From NCBI GenBank assembly GCA_963826525.1, contig CAWGXH010000004.1, positions 544,001 through 608,000 on the forward strand: DNA of 64,000 nt. The letters are read 5' to 3'. Numbering within the stretch: position 1 is the stretch's first letter; each line of letters starts with the position of its first letter. Below the pieces are notes generated by a model. The model made no database searches. It was not told the DNA's origin and worked only from the letters and a program-made list of their open reading frames with translations. The DNA comes from an uncultured Methanomicrobiaceae archaeon. Lineage in GTDB: Archaea > Halobacteriota > Methanomicrobia > Methanomicrobiales > Methanoculleaceae. Below are positions 10,849 through 24,295 of this stretch, piece by piece. The position numbers and the translations under genes were made by a program.

Positions 10849-13800
10849 TTATCTGTTCTTCCGCACGAAGTAGAGCGCCCCGATCACGGCACAGATGAGG
10901 ACGACGACTCCCGCCCAGAGGAACATCAGCGGAGCGGGTTCGCCGGAAGGCTGCGCCGATCCTGGTTCCTGCACGCCCGAGTCCGGCGACTCCGGAGCGG
11001 CGTCCGTCTGCTCCGGGGTGACCGTCGCCGTGGGAGCGCAGGTGAGCGCATAGGTGCTGAAGTGCGAGACCTGTGCAGTCACCGTCCGGCCGGCGGCATC
11101 GACGCTCGTTCTGCAGTCTTCCCATGCACCGGTCGCGGGGTCGTATCCCTGCACGACCAGTCGGGACGCATCGCCGCCTGCCGTGCCGAGGATTCCAGCC
11201 CACTCTTCTGCGGTGAAGGTGAAGACCAGGTCGATCGCCGGGGAGAAGGTGGCGCCGTCGGGAGAGCAGTTGACCGCATAGCCCGAGAAGGTATAGGACG
11301 GATCGGACGGGAGGGTCGATACGGCGGTGATCCCGACCTCGGGGAGCGGCTTACCGTCGGCATCGAGAGCGGTCACGCCGGTGTCGAGGTACAGGTGTGC
11401 GGGCGCTTCGGCGGCAGAGACGATGTACGGCCGGAGCACGCCGCCCCAGGAGGCGGTGAGGAGCTTCGCGCTGCCGACCGAGGTTGCTGGCGTCACCGAC
11501 GAACCACCGCCGCTGCTGCTGGACGAGGTAGACTGAGTGGGCGTGGACACGGCCTTCGTTGCGACGACCGCGAACGCGGAGAAGCCGCTCGGCGAGACCG
11601 CTTCGAAGACCATCATCCCGTTTCCGTCGAGCCCGATATAGGTCGTTGCAAGCACTTCGGTATCCCCGTCGTCGCTCTGCCGGAAGACCCGGATGGCTCC
11701 GATGCCGCCGTTTGCGTTCACCCAGTCGGGTGAGACGGTCATCCGCAGCACTGCGTTGCTGATGGTGTCGTTCGCTCCGAGGTTGGTCTTGGTGAAGTAG
11801 ACCGCGTAGGCCGTCGAGGTGATCTCGAGCCCGTCGTTCGCCGCGGCAAGCGTGAACGACGTTGCCGCCTCGTCGCTCGGCCGGTCGTAGATCGAGGTCG
11901 TGATCCCGAGGTCCGGGTTGTAGCCGTTCATCGAGGCGTTGAACCCGACCGAGACGTTGCCGAGGTCGCCGCCGAGGTCGGTGGTCACCGGAGCACTCTC
12001 GAGCAGGACGCCGGTGACGTTTCCGGTCGTGACGTTGCCCGCCGTGGTGAGCCCGTCAGTCAGGATGGTGACGTTCATGTTCCCTCTCTCGAGGATGATG
12101 TCGTTTCCGCTGACCGTTCCGTTGCCGGTCGTCGTGTTGAAGTTGACCTGCTGCCGGCCGCCGACGTCGTTGACGCTCGTCCCGTTGTCACGGAAGGTGA
12201 AGTTCTCCTGCCGCTCCGGCGGTGCGGACGGGGCATCGCGGACGGTGATGTAGTGGCGCCCGGGTCAGGGTGTCGCTGCCGGCGTCGTTCGTGACGGTCA
12301 GGGTGACGTCGAACCGCCCGATACTGGTGTAGGTGTGCGTCGGATTCTGCTCGATCGAGGTCGCACCGTCGCCGAACGACCATGACCAGGAAGTCGGGCT
12401 GACGCCGCTGGAGGTGTCCGAGAAGGCGACCGTGAGCGGGACAGCGCCCGACGTAACGTCGGCGGTGAAGTCTGCGACCGCATACGGATCCACCCTCATC
12501 TCGATCTGGTCGAGGTAGAACCCGACATTTGCACCATATCCAGCCGGGTTACTGTAAAGCGTCTCTACCGTGAAGGTATGGTCGCCGGCCTCATAGCCGG
12601 TGATGTCGATGGCATAGGCCTTCCATTTGTTGAGGGTTGAAACCTTTGCTACCTCTTCGCCGTCGATGAATGCTTTGATCCAGCAGGCTGCTCCTTTCCT
12701 GACCCCGTACAGCTGGAACCGCAGCTGTGCGGCACCCTCAGGGAAGGCAAGAGTTCTTTCGGCAGAGGCATTGGCGGTTATTGCCGGGGTGCCGAGACTA
12801 TAAGACCCCTCGTAGACGGTATCGCTCCGGAGCTCTGCATTCGAGAGCGTCCATCCATCGGTCGATTCGCAGGGGTCAGTCCAGACTGTCTCGAGCACGG
12901 TCCTGTTCACGAATACATTGGCCGTGCCCTGAACGGCATGGCACTGCGCCGTGACCGTTGTGGTTCCGGCGTATTCGGCAGTGAACAGTCCACCGCTCGT
13001 GATGGGCCCGACCTTCTCGTCACTGCTGCTCCACGCGAACCCGACGCCCGTCATGGCGCCGCCGTTCTGATCGTAGACCGTCCCGGAGAACTGCTGCTGG
13101 GTCTCGCCGATCATGACGACCGAAGAGGGGATGATCTCTACCGTCGCCGGGATCGGGATACCGTCGTAGGGCTCGCCGAAGTAGGCCTGTGCCGGGAGGA
13201 CAAGCGGGTAACCGTCTATGTTATTAGAGGTCAGTAATCTCTCGGAATCACCGATGCCGTTTCCGTCTGCATCGGTGAGTGCAAACGCCCCTCCCCAGTA
13301 GTTACCGATCTGACTCGTATAGGTGGCACCGTTGTAGGTGTAGGTGACCGATTCGGGGGAGTTCCAGGTGTTTGCATACGGGTCCGAGAAGGAGGCGAAC
13401 AATGCCGAATTATTGACGATCGAATTTGCATAGAGCGTGCTGCCACTGAGCGAGTCGATAGGCAGGCTCATTGCGTAATCGTTGTCCATGATGAGGTTGC
13501 GGTCAAAGCGGCAGTTTGCGGCAGCGAACACGTAGATCCCGTACTGGTTGCCGGTGATGACGTTACCGGTAATGACGAGGTTGTTGTTGCCGGGATAGTA
13601 CAACCGGATACCATAGGTGCCATCGCCACCCAGGAAGGTGTTGTTGCCGACGATGCTGTCGGTCGCTGAAGCCACATGGAGACAGATCCCATATTGCTGT
13701 AAACCAGTGACAGTGTTGCCCTCAACGAGGGTGCCGCTCACTCCAGTGATTGAGATGCCTGTATTTTTCTCCAATATGACGTTGTCGGCAAAGGTGCATC

Positions 13801-16800
13801 CCGAATAACCGTTGCAATAGATACCGTATGTACTGCTCCCGTTGATGCTGAAATTGGAGATGGTCGTGGCATCGGCAGAAACCGTTACGGTCCCGTTGAT
13901 AGTGGTCTCTTCGGGTCCGTTCTCCGACGTGATGGTCAGGGGCTTTGTAACGGTGACGGATTCACTGTATGTCCCGTCTCTGACGACGATCACATCGCCG
14001 TCGGATGCAGCGTCTATGGCTCCCTGGATTGAGGTGAAGTTCGCTCCACCCGAATCGTCGACGTACCATGTCCGGGATGTTCCGGGATTCACGACGATGT
14101 AGTCGGTCCTGACCTCGGAGTCGCTGCCGGCGTCGTTCGCGACGGTGAGGTTCACCGAATAGGTGCTGGCGGTTGTGTAGGTATGGATCGGGCTCTGCCC
14201 GGTGCTGTCGACGACGCCGTCGTTCTCAAAGTCCCAGGCCCAGGAGGTGGGGCTGCCGGTCGATGCGTCGGTGAACTGGACCGTAAGCGGGGCGTCACCG
14301 GAGGTGACGTCTGCGGTGAAGTCCGCGGTCGGTGCAACAGGCACTACGGGTCCCGGCTCCGAGCCCGGGAAGTAGGTCTGCCAGCGGTCGGCGAGCGGAG
14401 CGTTGTCGATCTGGTTGTTGCCGAGCGTATACGCCGCATCGATCACGCCGTTACCGTCGGCATCCTCGCCGGTGCAGCTGCTGTAGTAGTTTCCGAGCGG
14501 GCCTGTGTACTGCGTCTCCTGGTAGGTGTAGTCGGTGGACGAGGTGTTCCAGGCCATGGACAGGGGAACCGGCTTGTTGGTGAACTGGAACAGGTCGGCC
14601 TTGTTGTCGAGGAAGTTATTGAGGAAGATCCGGTTGTCGGCAAGCGTGCACCGCAGGCCGATCGGTGGCGCGGTGTTGTTGGCGAACGTGTTCCAGGCGA
14701 TGGTGACCCCCGAGCACCCGTCGAACCGGGTTGCCGCGTTCTGGCTGCCGCCGTTCGCCTCGAAGGTGTTGTTGGTGAAGATGTGCCCGCTGCCGGTGAT
14801 CAGCATGAACCGGGTCGGATTATTCTCAAAGACGTTGCGGTCCAGCGTGACGTCCTGGCCGGAGATGCCGAGAGAGTGCTGGTCGGAGAAACCGGTGAAG
14901 GTACAGTCCGTGACCGTGCTGCCTGCACCGGAGAAACTGATCGAACCGCCATTGAACATGATCCCGTCGATGACGGTGCCGGGGCCGGAGAATGCGGCAC
15001 CTGCCGGTGAAACCGTCACCACGTCCGCACCCTCGCCCGTGAGGGTGATCGCCTTACCGAGGGGTATGCTCAGGGCATACGACCCGGCGGAGACCAGGAT
15101 CGTGTCGCCGTCGTTCAGAGACGGGCTGGTGAAGGCTGTGTTAAGATCGGTAAAGTCGCAGCCCGAGGCACCGACGGTCACGGTCTTCGGCGGGGGAAGA
15201 TTCACGGTGATGAAGTCGGTCTTCACCTCTGAGTCGCTGCCGTATCCATTCGTGACGGTGAGGTTCACGGTGTAGGTTCCGGCAGAGGAGTAGGTGTGAA
15301 CCGGGCTCTGCTCGGTGCTGTCGACGACGCCGTCGTTCTCGAAGTCCCATGCCCAGGAGGTCGGGTTGTCGGCGGAGGCATCGGTGAATGCAACGGCCAG
15401 AGGCGCGATGCCGGTGGTGACGTTTGCAGTGAAGTCCGCGGTCGGTGCCAGTGTGACCGGGAAGTAAGTCTGCCAGCGGCCGACGAGCGGAGCGTTGTCG
15501 ACCTGGTTGTTGCCGAGCGTATACGCCGCATCAATCACGCCGTTACCGTCGGCATCCTCGCCGGTGCAGCTGCTGTAGTAGTTTCCGAGCGGGCCTGTAT
15601 ACTGCGTCTCCTGGTAGGTGTAGTCGGTGGACGAGGTGTTCCAGGCCATGGACAGGGGAACCGGCTTGTTGGTGAACTGGAACAGGTCGGCCTTGTTGTC
15701 GAGGAAGTTATTGAGGAAGATCCGGTTGTCGGCAAGCGTGCACCGCAGGCCGATCGGTGGCGCGGTGTTGTTGGCGAACGTGTTCCAGGCGATGGTGACC
15801 CCCGAGCACCCGTCGAACCGGGTTGCCGCGTTCTGGCTGCCGCCGTTCGCCTCGAAGGTGTTGTTGGTGAAGATGTGCCCGCTGCCGGTGATCAGCATGA
15901 ACCGGGTCGGATTATTCTCAAAGACGTTGCGGTCCAGCGTGACGTCCTGGCCGGAGATGCCGAGAGAGTGCTGGTCGGAGAAACCGGTGAAGGTACAGTC
16001 CGTGACCGTGCTGCCTGCACCGGAGAAACTGATCGAACCGCCATTGAACATGATCCCGTCGATGACGGTGCCGGCACCCGAGAATGCAGCACCTGCCGGT
16101 GAAACCGTCACCACGTCCGCACCCTCGCCCGTGAGGGTGATCGCCTTACCGAGGGGTATGCTCAGGGTGTACGACCCGGCGGAGACCAGGACCGTGTCGC
16201 CGTCGTTCAGGGACGGGCTGGCAAAGGCTGTGTTAAGATCGGTGAAGTCACACCCGGAGGGACCGACAGTCCATGTCACGGGATCGGAAGACCCTGTTGC
16301 GTCAATGTAGTCCGTCTTGACCGCGGAATCACTACCGAGCGCATTGGTGACCGTCAGGTTGACGGTGTAGGTCCCGACTGTAGCATAGGTATGAGTCGGG
16401 CTCTGCTCGGTGCTGTCGACGACGCCGTCGTTCTCAAAGTCCCATGCCCAGGTGGTCGGGCTGCCGGTCGAGGCGTCGGTGAACTGAACCGCGAGCGGCG
16501 CTTCACCCGATACGGGAGTCGCGGTGAAGTCGGCGACCGGTGCATCGCCGCCGGACGAACCGTCGTTGACCGTGATATAATCAGTCTTTACGAGATAGTT
16601 ACTGCCGGCACTGTGCGTGATGGTCAGGTTGACCGTGTAGGTACCGGCCGATGACATAGGTATGCGAGGGGTTCTGTTCCGTGGAGGTAGTGCCGTCGCC
16701 GAAGTCCCAGTTCCATGCGGTTACGGTGAGCGGCGAGGTGCCCTGGAAATTCACGGTAAGGGGGGCTTGCCCAACCCGGGTATCTGCGGCGGCATTTACC

Positions 16801-19800
16801 ACGCCGTCGAATGCGTATAATTTGCCGTCTCTGCTCGCGATGTAGACGGTCCCATCGGGTGCAATCGACGGAGATGCGCGTATCTCTTTCCCTGTTTCGT
16901 AAAACCATTTCAGGGTCCCGTCCGGGTTCAGGGCATAGAATTTCTTATCCGCGCTGCCGATATAGATAGTCCCGTCCGCACCGATGGCAGGGGAAGCGTA
17001 ACGGATACTTCCCCCGGTAAGATACGTCCATTTCAATGTGCCGTCGGGATTCAGGGCATAAATCTTCTTGTCGCCTTCATTTCCAAAGTAAAGTGTACCG
17101 TCCGTACCTATCACAGGCGAATTACGGATCGTGCCTCCCGTGGTGTATGCCCAGTTGAGGGTTCCATCGGGATTCAGTGCATAGAGATTCTTATCGTTCG
17201 ATCCAAAGTAAATCATACCGTCCGGACCAATTACCGGCGCACCATAGATAGTCGCTCCTGCCCCTCCTGTGACGTACGACCACTTCAGTGTCCCGTCGGG
17301 ATTTAACGCGCATAAGTTCACGTCGGCTCCAAAATAAATCGTGCCATCAGGTCCGATTGCCGGTGTGCCATAACGAATCCCTCCGCAGGGATATGACCAT
17401 TTTTTCGTTCCATCGGGGTTCAATGCATAGAAAGTATCCTCATTATTCCCGATATAAATCGTTCCATCGGGTCCGATAGTGGGACCCCCAGTAATGATCG
17501 CGGTTGCGTTATACGTCCATTTCAATGTACCGTCGGGATTCAGTGCATATACCAGATTATCCAGGTAATTCCCGATATAAATGGTTCCATCCGCGCCTAT
17601 TGCCGGGGGACCACAAAAAGAATTTCCTGCAGTATACGTCCATTTTAACGTTCCGTCAGGATTAATCGCGTATACGTTCTTATCGTAATTCCCGATATAG
17701 ACGGTGCCATCGGATCCGATAACCGGAACGGCTGACAGGAATGATGACGCTCCCGCGGTGTACACCCATTTCGTGGCATTTGTCTGTGCCCCGACATAGG
17801 GAGACCGACCGGTGTTGTTGAGGTCGGCGCCGCCGAGCTTCGGCCAGGCAGAATCGGCGAGGCCGGTCACGGCCGGAGTCTCGCCGCCGCTGACGGTGAT
17901 GTAGTCCGTCTTCACTTCCGCATCGGTGCCGGCGTCGTTCGTGACCGTCAGGTTCACCGAGTAGGTGCCGGCTGCAGCGTAGGTAGTAACCGGGTTCTGC
18001 TCGGTGCTGTCAACAACACCGTCGTTCTCGAAGTCCCACGCCCAGGCGGTAGGGAAACCGGTGGAGGCTCGGTGAACTGCACGGCGAGCGGAACAACCCC
18101 GGACAGGGGCGTTGCCGTAAAGTTTGCCTCGGTCGGGACGACAAAGCCACAGAGGGTATATCTCTCGAACGACGACATCAGCGGGTAATTGTCGGTACAT
18201 GCATCGATATAAGGCTCATCTCCGATCCCGTTGCCGTCCACATCGGTCCCGGTATAGTTCGATCCCCAGTAATTGCCCATCCATGATGCGTGTGCAGAAC
18301 CCATGTACGCGTAGGCGATCTGCTCGGGGCTCTCCCAGTCCTGGGCATGACCGTTGTCATTCACCAGCGGTACATCGTTGCCGGTGATGTCGTTGAGATA
18401 GATGTTGCTTGTTCCGCCACCCTTGGTAATCTTGAAACCGGCCGCATTTGCACTGACGGTATTTTCGTGGATTGTGGTATGGTAATTGCTGTACCACAGA
18501 TAGATACCTGCATCGCCGTTTGAAGAGACGGTGTTGTAAGCGACGTCTGCTTCATCGGCCATATAGAGGATCATACCATGCCCGCCGTTATTGGTGACGG
18601 TGTTGTTGGTGACGATTGTATCGTCTACAGCATATATCCTGAAAACTGCCAGATTTAAGCCGGCGTTGTTGCCGGTGGCGGTGTTCTCGGTGACGGTGTT
18701 GTTGTGTGCGAGGTGGGGAGACACAGAACTGGAACCGTATCCATTGAGATAGACGGCATAATCATTCCGGGTCAGGAAATTTTGCGAAATGGTGTTGTTG
18801 TCGCTCCGGTAGACGTAAACGCCCCTGCCAGCCTTTGATACAGTGTTCTCCTGAATGGTGCAGTTGTCGGCATAATCCAGATAAATACCGTAGATGGCCA
18901 ACCCCGTATCACCTTCCGGTGTCCCGTTGATTGATAAACCCGTGAGAGTGACGCCATCTGCAGTAACATGGATGACCGCAGCAGCCGGATCGGCCGCTGT
19001 GATGACGGTGCTCGCAGGGCCTTCTCGAGCGGATCGTAAGAGTCTTGCCGATCGCAATATTTTCTGCGTAGGTGCCGTTGCGGATGACGACCGTATCCCC
19101 GTCGAGAGTGGCATTAATGGCATCCTGGATCGAGGTGAAGTCAGTCGCCCGAATCGTCGACGTACCACGTCCTTACTCCTGGGCAGACGCGGCGATGTAG
19201 TCCGCCTTGATCTCGGAGTCGCTACCGTATGCGTTCGCGACGGTGAGGTTCACGGTGTAGGTTCCGACAGAGGAGTAGGTGTGAACCGGGCTCTGCTCGG
19301 TGCTGTCGACGACGCCGTCGTTCTCAAAGTCCCAGGCAAGCAGTCGGGCTACCGGTCGAAGCATCGGTGAATGCAACGGTCAGGGGCGCGATGCCGGTGG
19401 TAACGTTTGCAGTGAAACCTGCAGTCGGTGCACAGGTCAGGCCGTGCCGGGAAGTAGGTCGCCAGCGGTCGACGAGCGGAGCGTGCCACTGTGCGCCGAG
19501 CGTATACGCCGCGTCGACACGCCGTTACGCGCACCGCCGGTGTAACGCTGTAAAGCCGAGCGGGCGGTCGCGTCCCGGTAGGTGTAGCGGTGGACGAGGT
19601 GCCAGGCCAGGCCAGGGGAACCGGCGGGTGAACGGAACAGGTCGGCCGGCGAGAAAGGAGGAACCGGTGCGGCAGCGGCCCGCAGGCCGAGGTGGGGCGG
19701 TGGGGCAACGTGTCCGGCGAGGTGACCCCGAGCACCGTCGAACCGGGTCGCCGCGCGGGTCCCACCGCGCCGAAGGTGGGCGAAGGTGGGCCGCGCCGGA

Positions 19801-21580
19801 TACAGCAGAACCGGGTCGGAACCGAAACGTGGGTCCAGCGTAACACGGCCGGAGATGCCGAGAGAGGCGGTCGGAGAAACCGGTGAAGGTACAGCCGTGA
19901 CCGGCGCCGCACCGGAGAAGCGAGACCGCCAGAACCGACCGTCGAGACGGTGCCGGGGCCGGAGAAGCAGCGCCGGCCGGGGAGACCGCACCACGCCGCA
20001 CCTCGCCGTGAGGGTACGCCACCGAGGGGTAGCCAGGGGTACGAGCGGCGGAGACCAGGATCGTCGCCGTCGCAGGGACGAGCTGGAGAAGGCCGAAGAG
20101 ATCGGTGAAGCGCACCGGAGGCGCCGACGGTCCAGGCTGCCGGTGACGTCACGGTGAATAGTGGTCCCCACAGCAGACCGCCGGCACGTCGCCGTCAGGT
20201 TGACGGTGTAGGTGCCGCCGCGGTATAGGTATAGGACGGACCGCCGCAGATTGTCTGACGAACGTCCAGCCAGGAGGTCGGGCTGCCGGTCGAAGTGTCG
20301 GTAAACGGACGCAAACGGAGCAGCCGGAAGTCACGTCGGTGGTGAAGCAGCGACCGGCGCAGGGGGAAGTTCGTCGGTGACGGTTATGTAATCGGTGACG
20401 TTGCTCCACGACGTGCCGGCCGCGTTCGTTGCCGAGTGCCGCACCGGTACGACCGACGCCGGCGAAGGTGTGGACCGGGTTCTGCTCTGTGAAGACCTGC
20501 CCGGTATCGTCGCTGAAATACTGGAGGGTGCAGGGGTATCGGTGAACCCGACTGTGAACGGAGCAGTTCCGGAGGTTACGTTGACGGTGAAGTCCGCGAC
20601 CGGTGCCGTCAGCGGGGTATAGAGGAGCTGAGTACCCGCTCGACCCGGCGCCCGAAATCCGGTTCGTCCAGGAGAATCCCCTGACCCTGGACTGCCGCCA
20701 GCCGCCACGCGTAGGTATTGAAAGTGGCACGGCCGGGCAGGTTATGGAACGTATACTCGACCTTCGCGGCACCGCTGTCGGTCAGCCCGGAGAATACGGT
20801 CGGGTTCAGAGCGCCGACCCCAAGGTCGATGAACATCAGCTGGTAGGTCTGGCCGTCGTTCTGGTCCTGCCCGTAATAGAGCGGCAGGTACGGCGGGACG
20901 TCCAGCGTGCCGGGCCCTGGCTTCCAGGTCTGGGGCCGGTACAGGAAGTCGGCTTTCGTGAACGTCTCTTCGATCACACCATCGTAATGCGAATAGTCGT
21001 CCGGGGGACCGTCCACGGTGGAATTCGGCGTCCAGGCATACCCGCTCGACCTGAGCGTCACGGAAAAGTCATCGGGGATCGTCCCGTTCACGGCAAGCAG
21101 GAGCACGAGGTCGTCGCTCATGCCGGCCGACCCTGTGTTCGTGATGTAGAACGTCCCTGATGGGTCGGTAGCATGCGCGACCGATGCGGTCACCTGCCCG
21201 CTTACGGTTCCGGGATCGGTCGTGACGTGGATCTCGTTCAAGCCGCCGCTGTCGGCTTTGATATAGTACGTGTTGTTATTGCCGGCGCCATAGACAGCCC
21301 CGTCAAGGTTGTACTTCACGCCGGCATCGTTCGCCACGTTGAAGAAGATATGTCGGTTGCTCGACAGGGGCGCGGGAGCGGCGGAGGTGGCGTAGGTGTA
21401 TGCGCCGGTATCGTCGTACTCCAGCACCTGTCCGGTCACCGTCGGGGTCGGCTCGGTTGTGTTCAACGGCAGATCGGCACCCAGCGCCACCGCCGGCACG
21501 GCGATGATCGCGAGGATCAGCAGCAGGACGGCCAGCCGCCCCTGCAGTATTTTGCTTTGAATACGCTCATCTTCTCTCAT
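10849..21580 (-). CDS. Giant (~3,600 aa) membrane-anchored surface protein: domain X, multiple PKD, NosD/pectin-lyase-like beta-helices, PQQ-like beta-propeller, Ig-like, PGF-pre-PGF-like, TM anchor (multiple frameshifts)
   Basis: ORFs 20609..21709, 19173..19376, 17954..19168, 16599..18200, 12188..16657 and 10849..12078 break inside PKD or linker motifs and read on in adjacent frames; one signal peptide at 21580, one TM plus basic tail at 10849. Confidence 0.7.
14365..16268. repeat. Near-identical ~800 bp direct repeat (about 14365-15176 and 15457-16268, offset 1092) encoding a beta-helix module
   Basis: Direct comparison; identical peptides such as FSDQHSLGISGQDVTLDRNVFENNP occur twice. Confidence 0.95.
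19440..20600 (-). repeat. Third, deletion-riddled copy of the beta-helix module plus degraded PKD repeats
   Basis: Alignable by eye to 14365-15176 but with dozens of small deletions. Confidence 0.85.
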
Positions 21581-21784
21581 ACAACAACTCCTTTCGCCGT
21601 ACGGATGCCGGAAGAACTCTTCTCCGAAACCGGAGTACCGGGTGCCTGCATTCGCAGAGACGCCATTCGAGGAATGCATAAACTCTGATCGGAGAGGGTA
21701 TAAGGTCATTGTGAATTTAGGAAAAGTTAAACATGTTAGTTTAAAAAAGCGACCATGTCTGAAAAGTTAATAATAAATTTAACT
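21581..21784 (-). promoter_or_regulatory. Conserved promoter/leader copy 2 (TATA 21699-21704; TTAA-N10-TTAA 21727-21744; AGTTAA-N8-TTAACT 21765-21784)
   Basis: Colinear similarity with copy 1. Confidence 0.75.
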
Positions 21785-22022
21785 CCTTCGGGCTCGTTCG
21801 AACCCCCCTTTGTCGACAGATGGCTGCTGGATATTTTCCAGAGTACCCTCTCCCCCGGCATTCTGCCCGGGTTCATTGGAGACATCCTCGAGAAGTGGGC
21901 CGATGCGGAGATCATCATGAAGATGGAGAAAGGCCAACGTCGCGCGGCTCTCCGGCCACAACGATCCTGAAGCGGCGGTCGGCAGCCCGGCAACCGGACG
22001 GCCGGAGAAGAAGGGCCTTCCC

Positions 22023-22840
22023 TTAGAGGGGAATCATCACTGTGCCGAGACAGACGATGCCGAGCACGATGAGCAGCAGAAGATCGCTCTTCCCGGGACG
22101 GGGAGGGCGATAACAGGTTGGCCTCGCGGTCGAAGCGAACCCTCTGCTCTGCATTGCTTCGGTCACGTACCGCGCCCGGTTCATGACCGCTACCGTCATG
22201 GGGACGCCGAGCGCCATGAATTTTCCCCTGTTTTTGATGAACGTCCCCCGGTCGAACTCAAGCCCCCTGGAACGCTGGGCGTCCATGACGTTTCCGAGAT
22301 CCTCGGCGAGCGCCGTCATCGACTTCAGTGCATACCCGAGAGAGAAGGCGATAATCGGGGGCAACCGGCTGGCACGGAGGCTTGCGACGAAATCGGTGTA
22401 GGACGTGGTCATCACGAAGAGGAACGAGACACCCCCGATAGCAAGAACCCGAATTCCCATCGCTGCAGCAAAGAGCAGCCCTCCATGAGTTATCTCCGGG
22501 GAGAACGGGCCAATCTCTGCTGAAAAGTACACCGGGCCCCAGGACACATCCGGAAGAAAAGCGTTGATGACGATGATGAAGATGAAGAGCGGCAGGAGGA
22601 GGGGAAGCAAACGGGAGAACGGCCTGCCGAGGCCGGCGGCAACCGCAAGGCCGACAACGAAGGCAAAGAGGAGTGCGGTGCGACCGGTGACGTCGTGGCA
22701 AATGCGGCGATGCTGATACTGATCAGGGTGAGGAGTTTTGTTCTCGGATCAAGTCGGTGGAGAAACGAATCCACGGGGATGTAACCCGCTGCCCGGCGAG
22801 CATGCCGGCGGCCGGACCGCCTGTATCCGACCGTCGTCAT
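22023..22840 (-). CDS. ecfT: ECF transporter T component (frameshifted near 22610-22680)
   Basis: SFLHRLDPRTKL at N-terminus; AQRSRG and AMQSRGF Arg motifs; ATGA overlap with upstream ATPase. Confidence 0.88.
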
Positions 22841-24295
22841 GCCTGCTCCTCCGGCACTCTGCGATCGTCCACGATGCGGCCGCGCTCGATCCCGACGATC
22901 CGATCCGCGACTGCGCCGGAGAACTCCGCATCATGCGTCGCGATGATGACCGCCTTTCCCCCGGCGGCGAGAGCGGTGATGCACCCGGCCAGCCTCTGTT
23001 TTGCCCCGGGGTCGAGCCCGAGCGTCGGCTCATCGAGTCACCAGGACCGGCGTATCCATCGTCATGACCGATGCTATGCTCACCCGCTGTTTCTCTCCGA
23101 CCGAAAGGGCAAGCGGCGAGACCTCCAGCCCCAGGTGCCCGATACCGAGCTCTTCGCGCACGGAATCGGTCCTCTGCGCTATCACGTCCGGCAGGGCGCC
23201 GATGTTCGCGGGGGCGAAGGCCAGTTCCTCGGCGATGGTCTCCCCGAAGAGCTGGTAGTCGGCATGCTGGCAGACCAGGCCGACGGTGCGGGCGATCTCC
23301 GCGACGGTACTGTCCCGGATATCTTTTCCGTCCACGGTGATCTGCCCTGACTCCGGGCGGAGAAGGCCGTTTACGTGTTTCAGCAGCGTGCTCTTCCCGG
23401 AGCCGTTCGGGCCTGCGAGCACCGTCACCTCGCCCGGATAGATGGTGAGGGAGACGCTGTCGAGTGCCGGAGTCTGTGCACCCGGATGCCGGAACGTGAC
23501 GTCCTGCAGGGTAATGATGCCTGCGGATGCAGCTCTCGCTCGTGCCGGCCGACGGGATGCTGTGTTCCACGGGAGGGCATGCACCGCACCAGGTTCGCCG
23601 TCGGCGGCTATCGTACCGTCGATGAGGGATATTCGGCGGGAGGCCCATTGGGCGACCAGCTCCGCCCGGTGCTCGGACAGGATGATCGTCATGCCGGCCT
23701 CACGGTTCAGCGCACCGAGGAGGTCGAGGAGTCCGGCCGCACTCGCGGCATCAAGCCCGGAGAACGGTTCGTCAAGGATGAGGATTGCAGGGCGTACAAC
23801 GACTATGGATGCTATCGCCAGTCGCTGGCGTTCCCCCCAGGAGAGGCTGGTCGTCTGCCGGTCCGCAAGGGGATCGAGCCGGAACAGGTGCAGGACCTCG
23901 GTGACCGCCCGGTCGATCCGCGATACGGGCCAGCCGAGCTGCTCGGGGCCGAAGGCAAGCTCACTCACCACGTCGGTCGAGAAGATCTGGTGATCCGGGT
24001 CCTGGAAGACCATGCCGACGGTGGCGGCAAGGTCGCTGATCGTGCAGTCGCGGGTATTCTGCCCGCGGACAAAAATGTCTCCCTCAAGGGTGCCCGGTCG
24101 GGCATGCGGGATCAGACCGTTGCAGCACCGGAGGAACGTCGTCTTCCCGGAGCCGCTCGGGCCGGTCAGCAGTACGCGTTCTCCTTCCCTGATGGTGCAA
24201 TCGATCCCGGTGAGCACCTCCCGTGGCCGCGCCGACCGGGAGGCGGGGTGCCGGAACGAGACCGAGCGGAACTCTATCGCCGTGTCAGCCGTCAT
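22837..24295 (-). CDS. ECF transporter double ATPase (A-A' fusion; frameshift near 23035)
   Basis: Two Walker A (GPSGSGKT, GPNGSGKS), FQDPDHQ Q-loop, LSWGE/LSVGE signatures, LDEP. Confidence 0.9.

Noticed and set aside
21790-22000. Short coding-like stretch (LLDIFQSTLSPG...EKW)
   Set aside because: No credible start or recognisable family; at best a small gene remnant.
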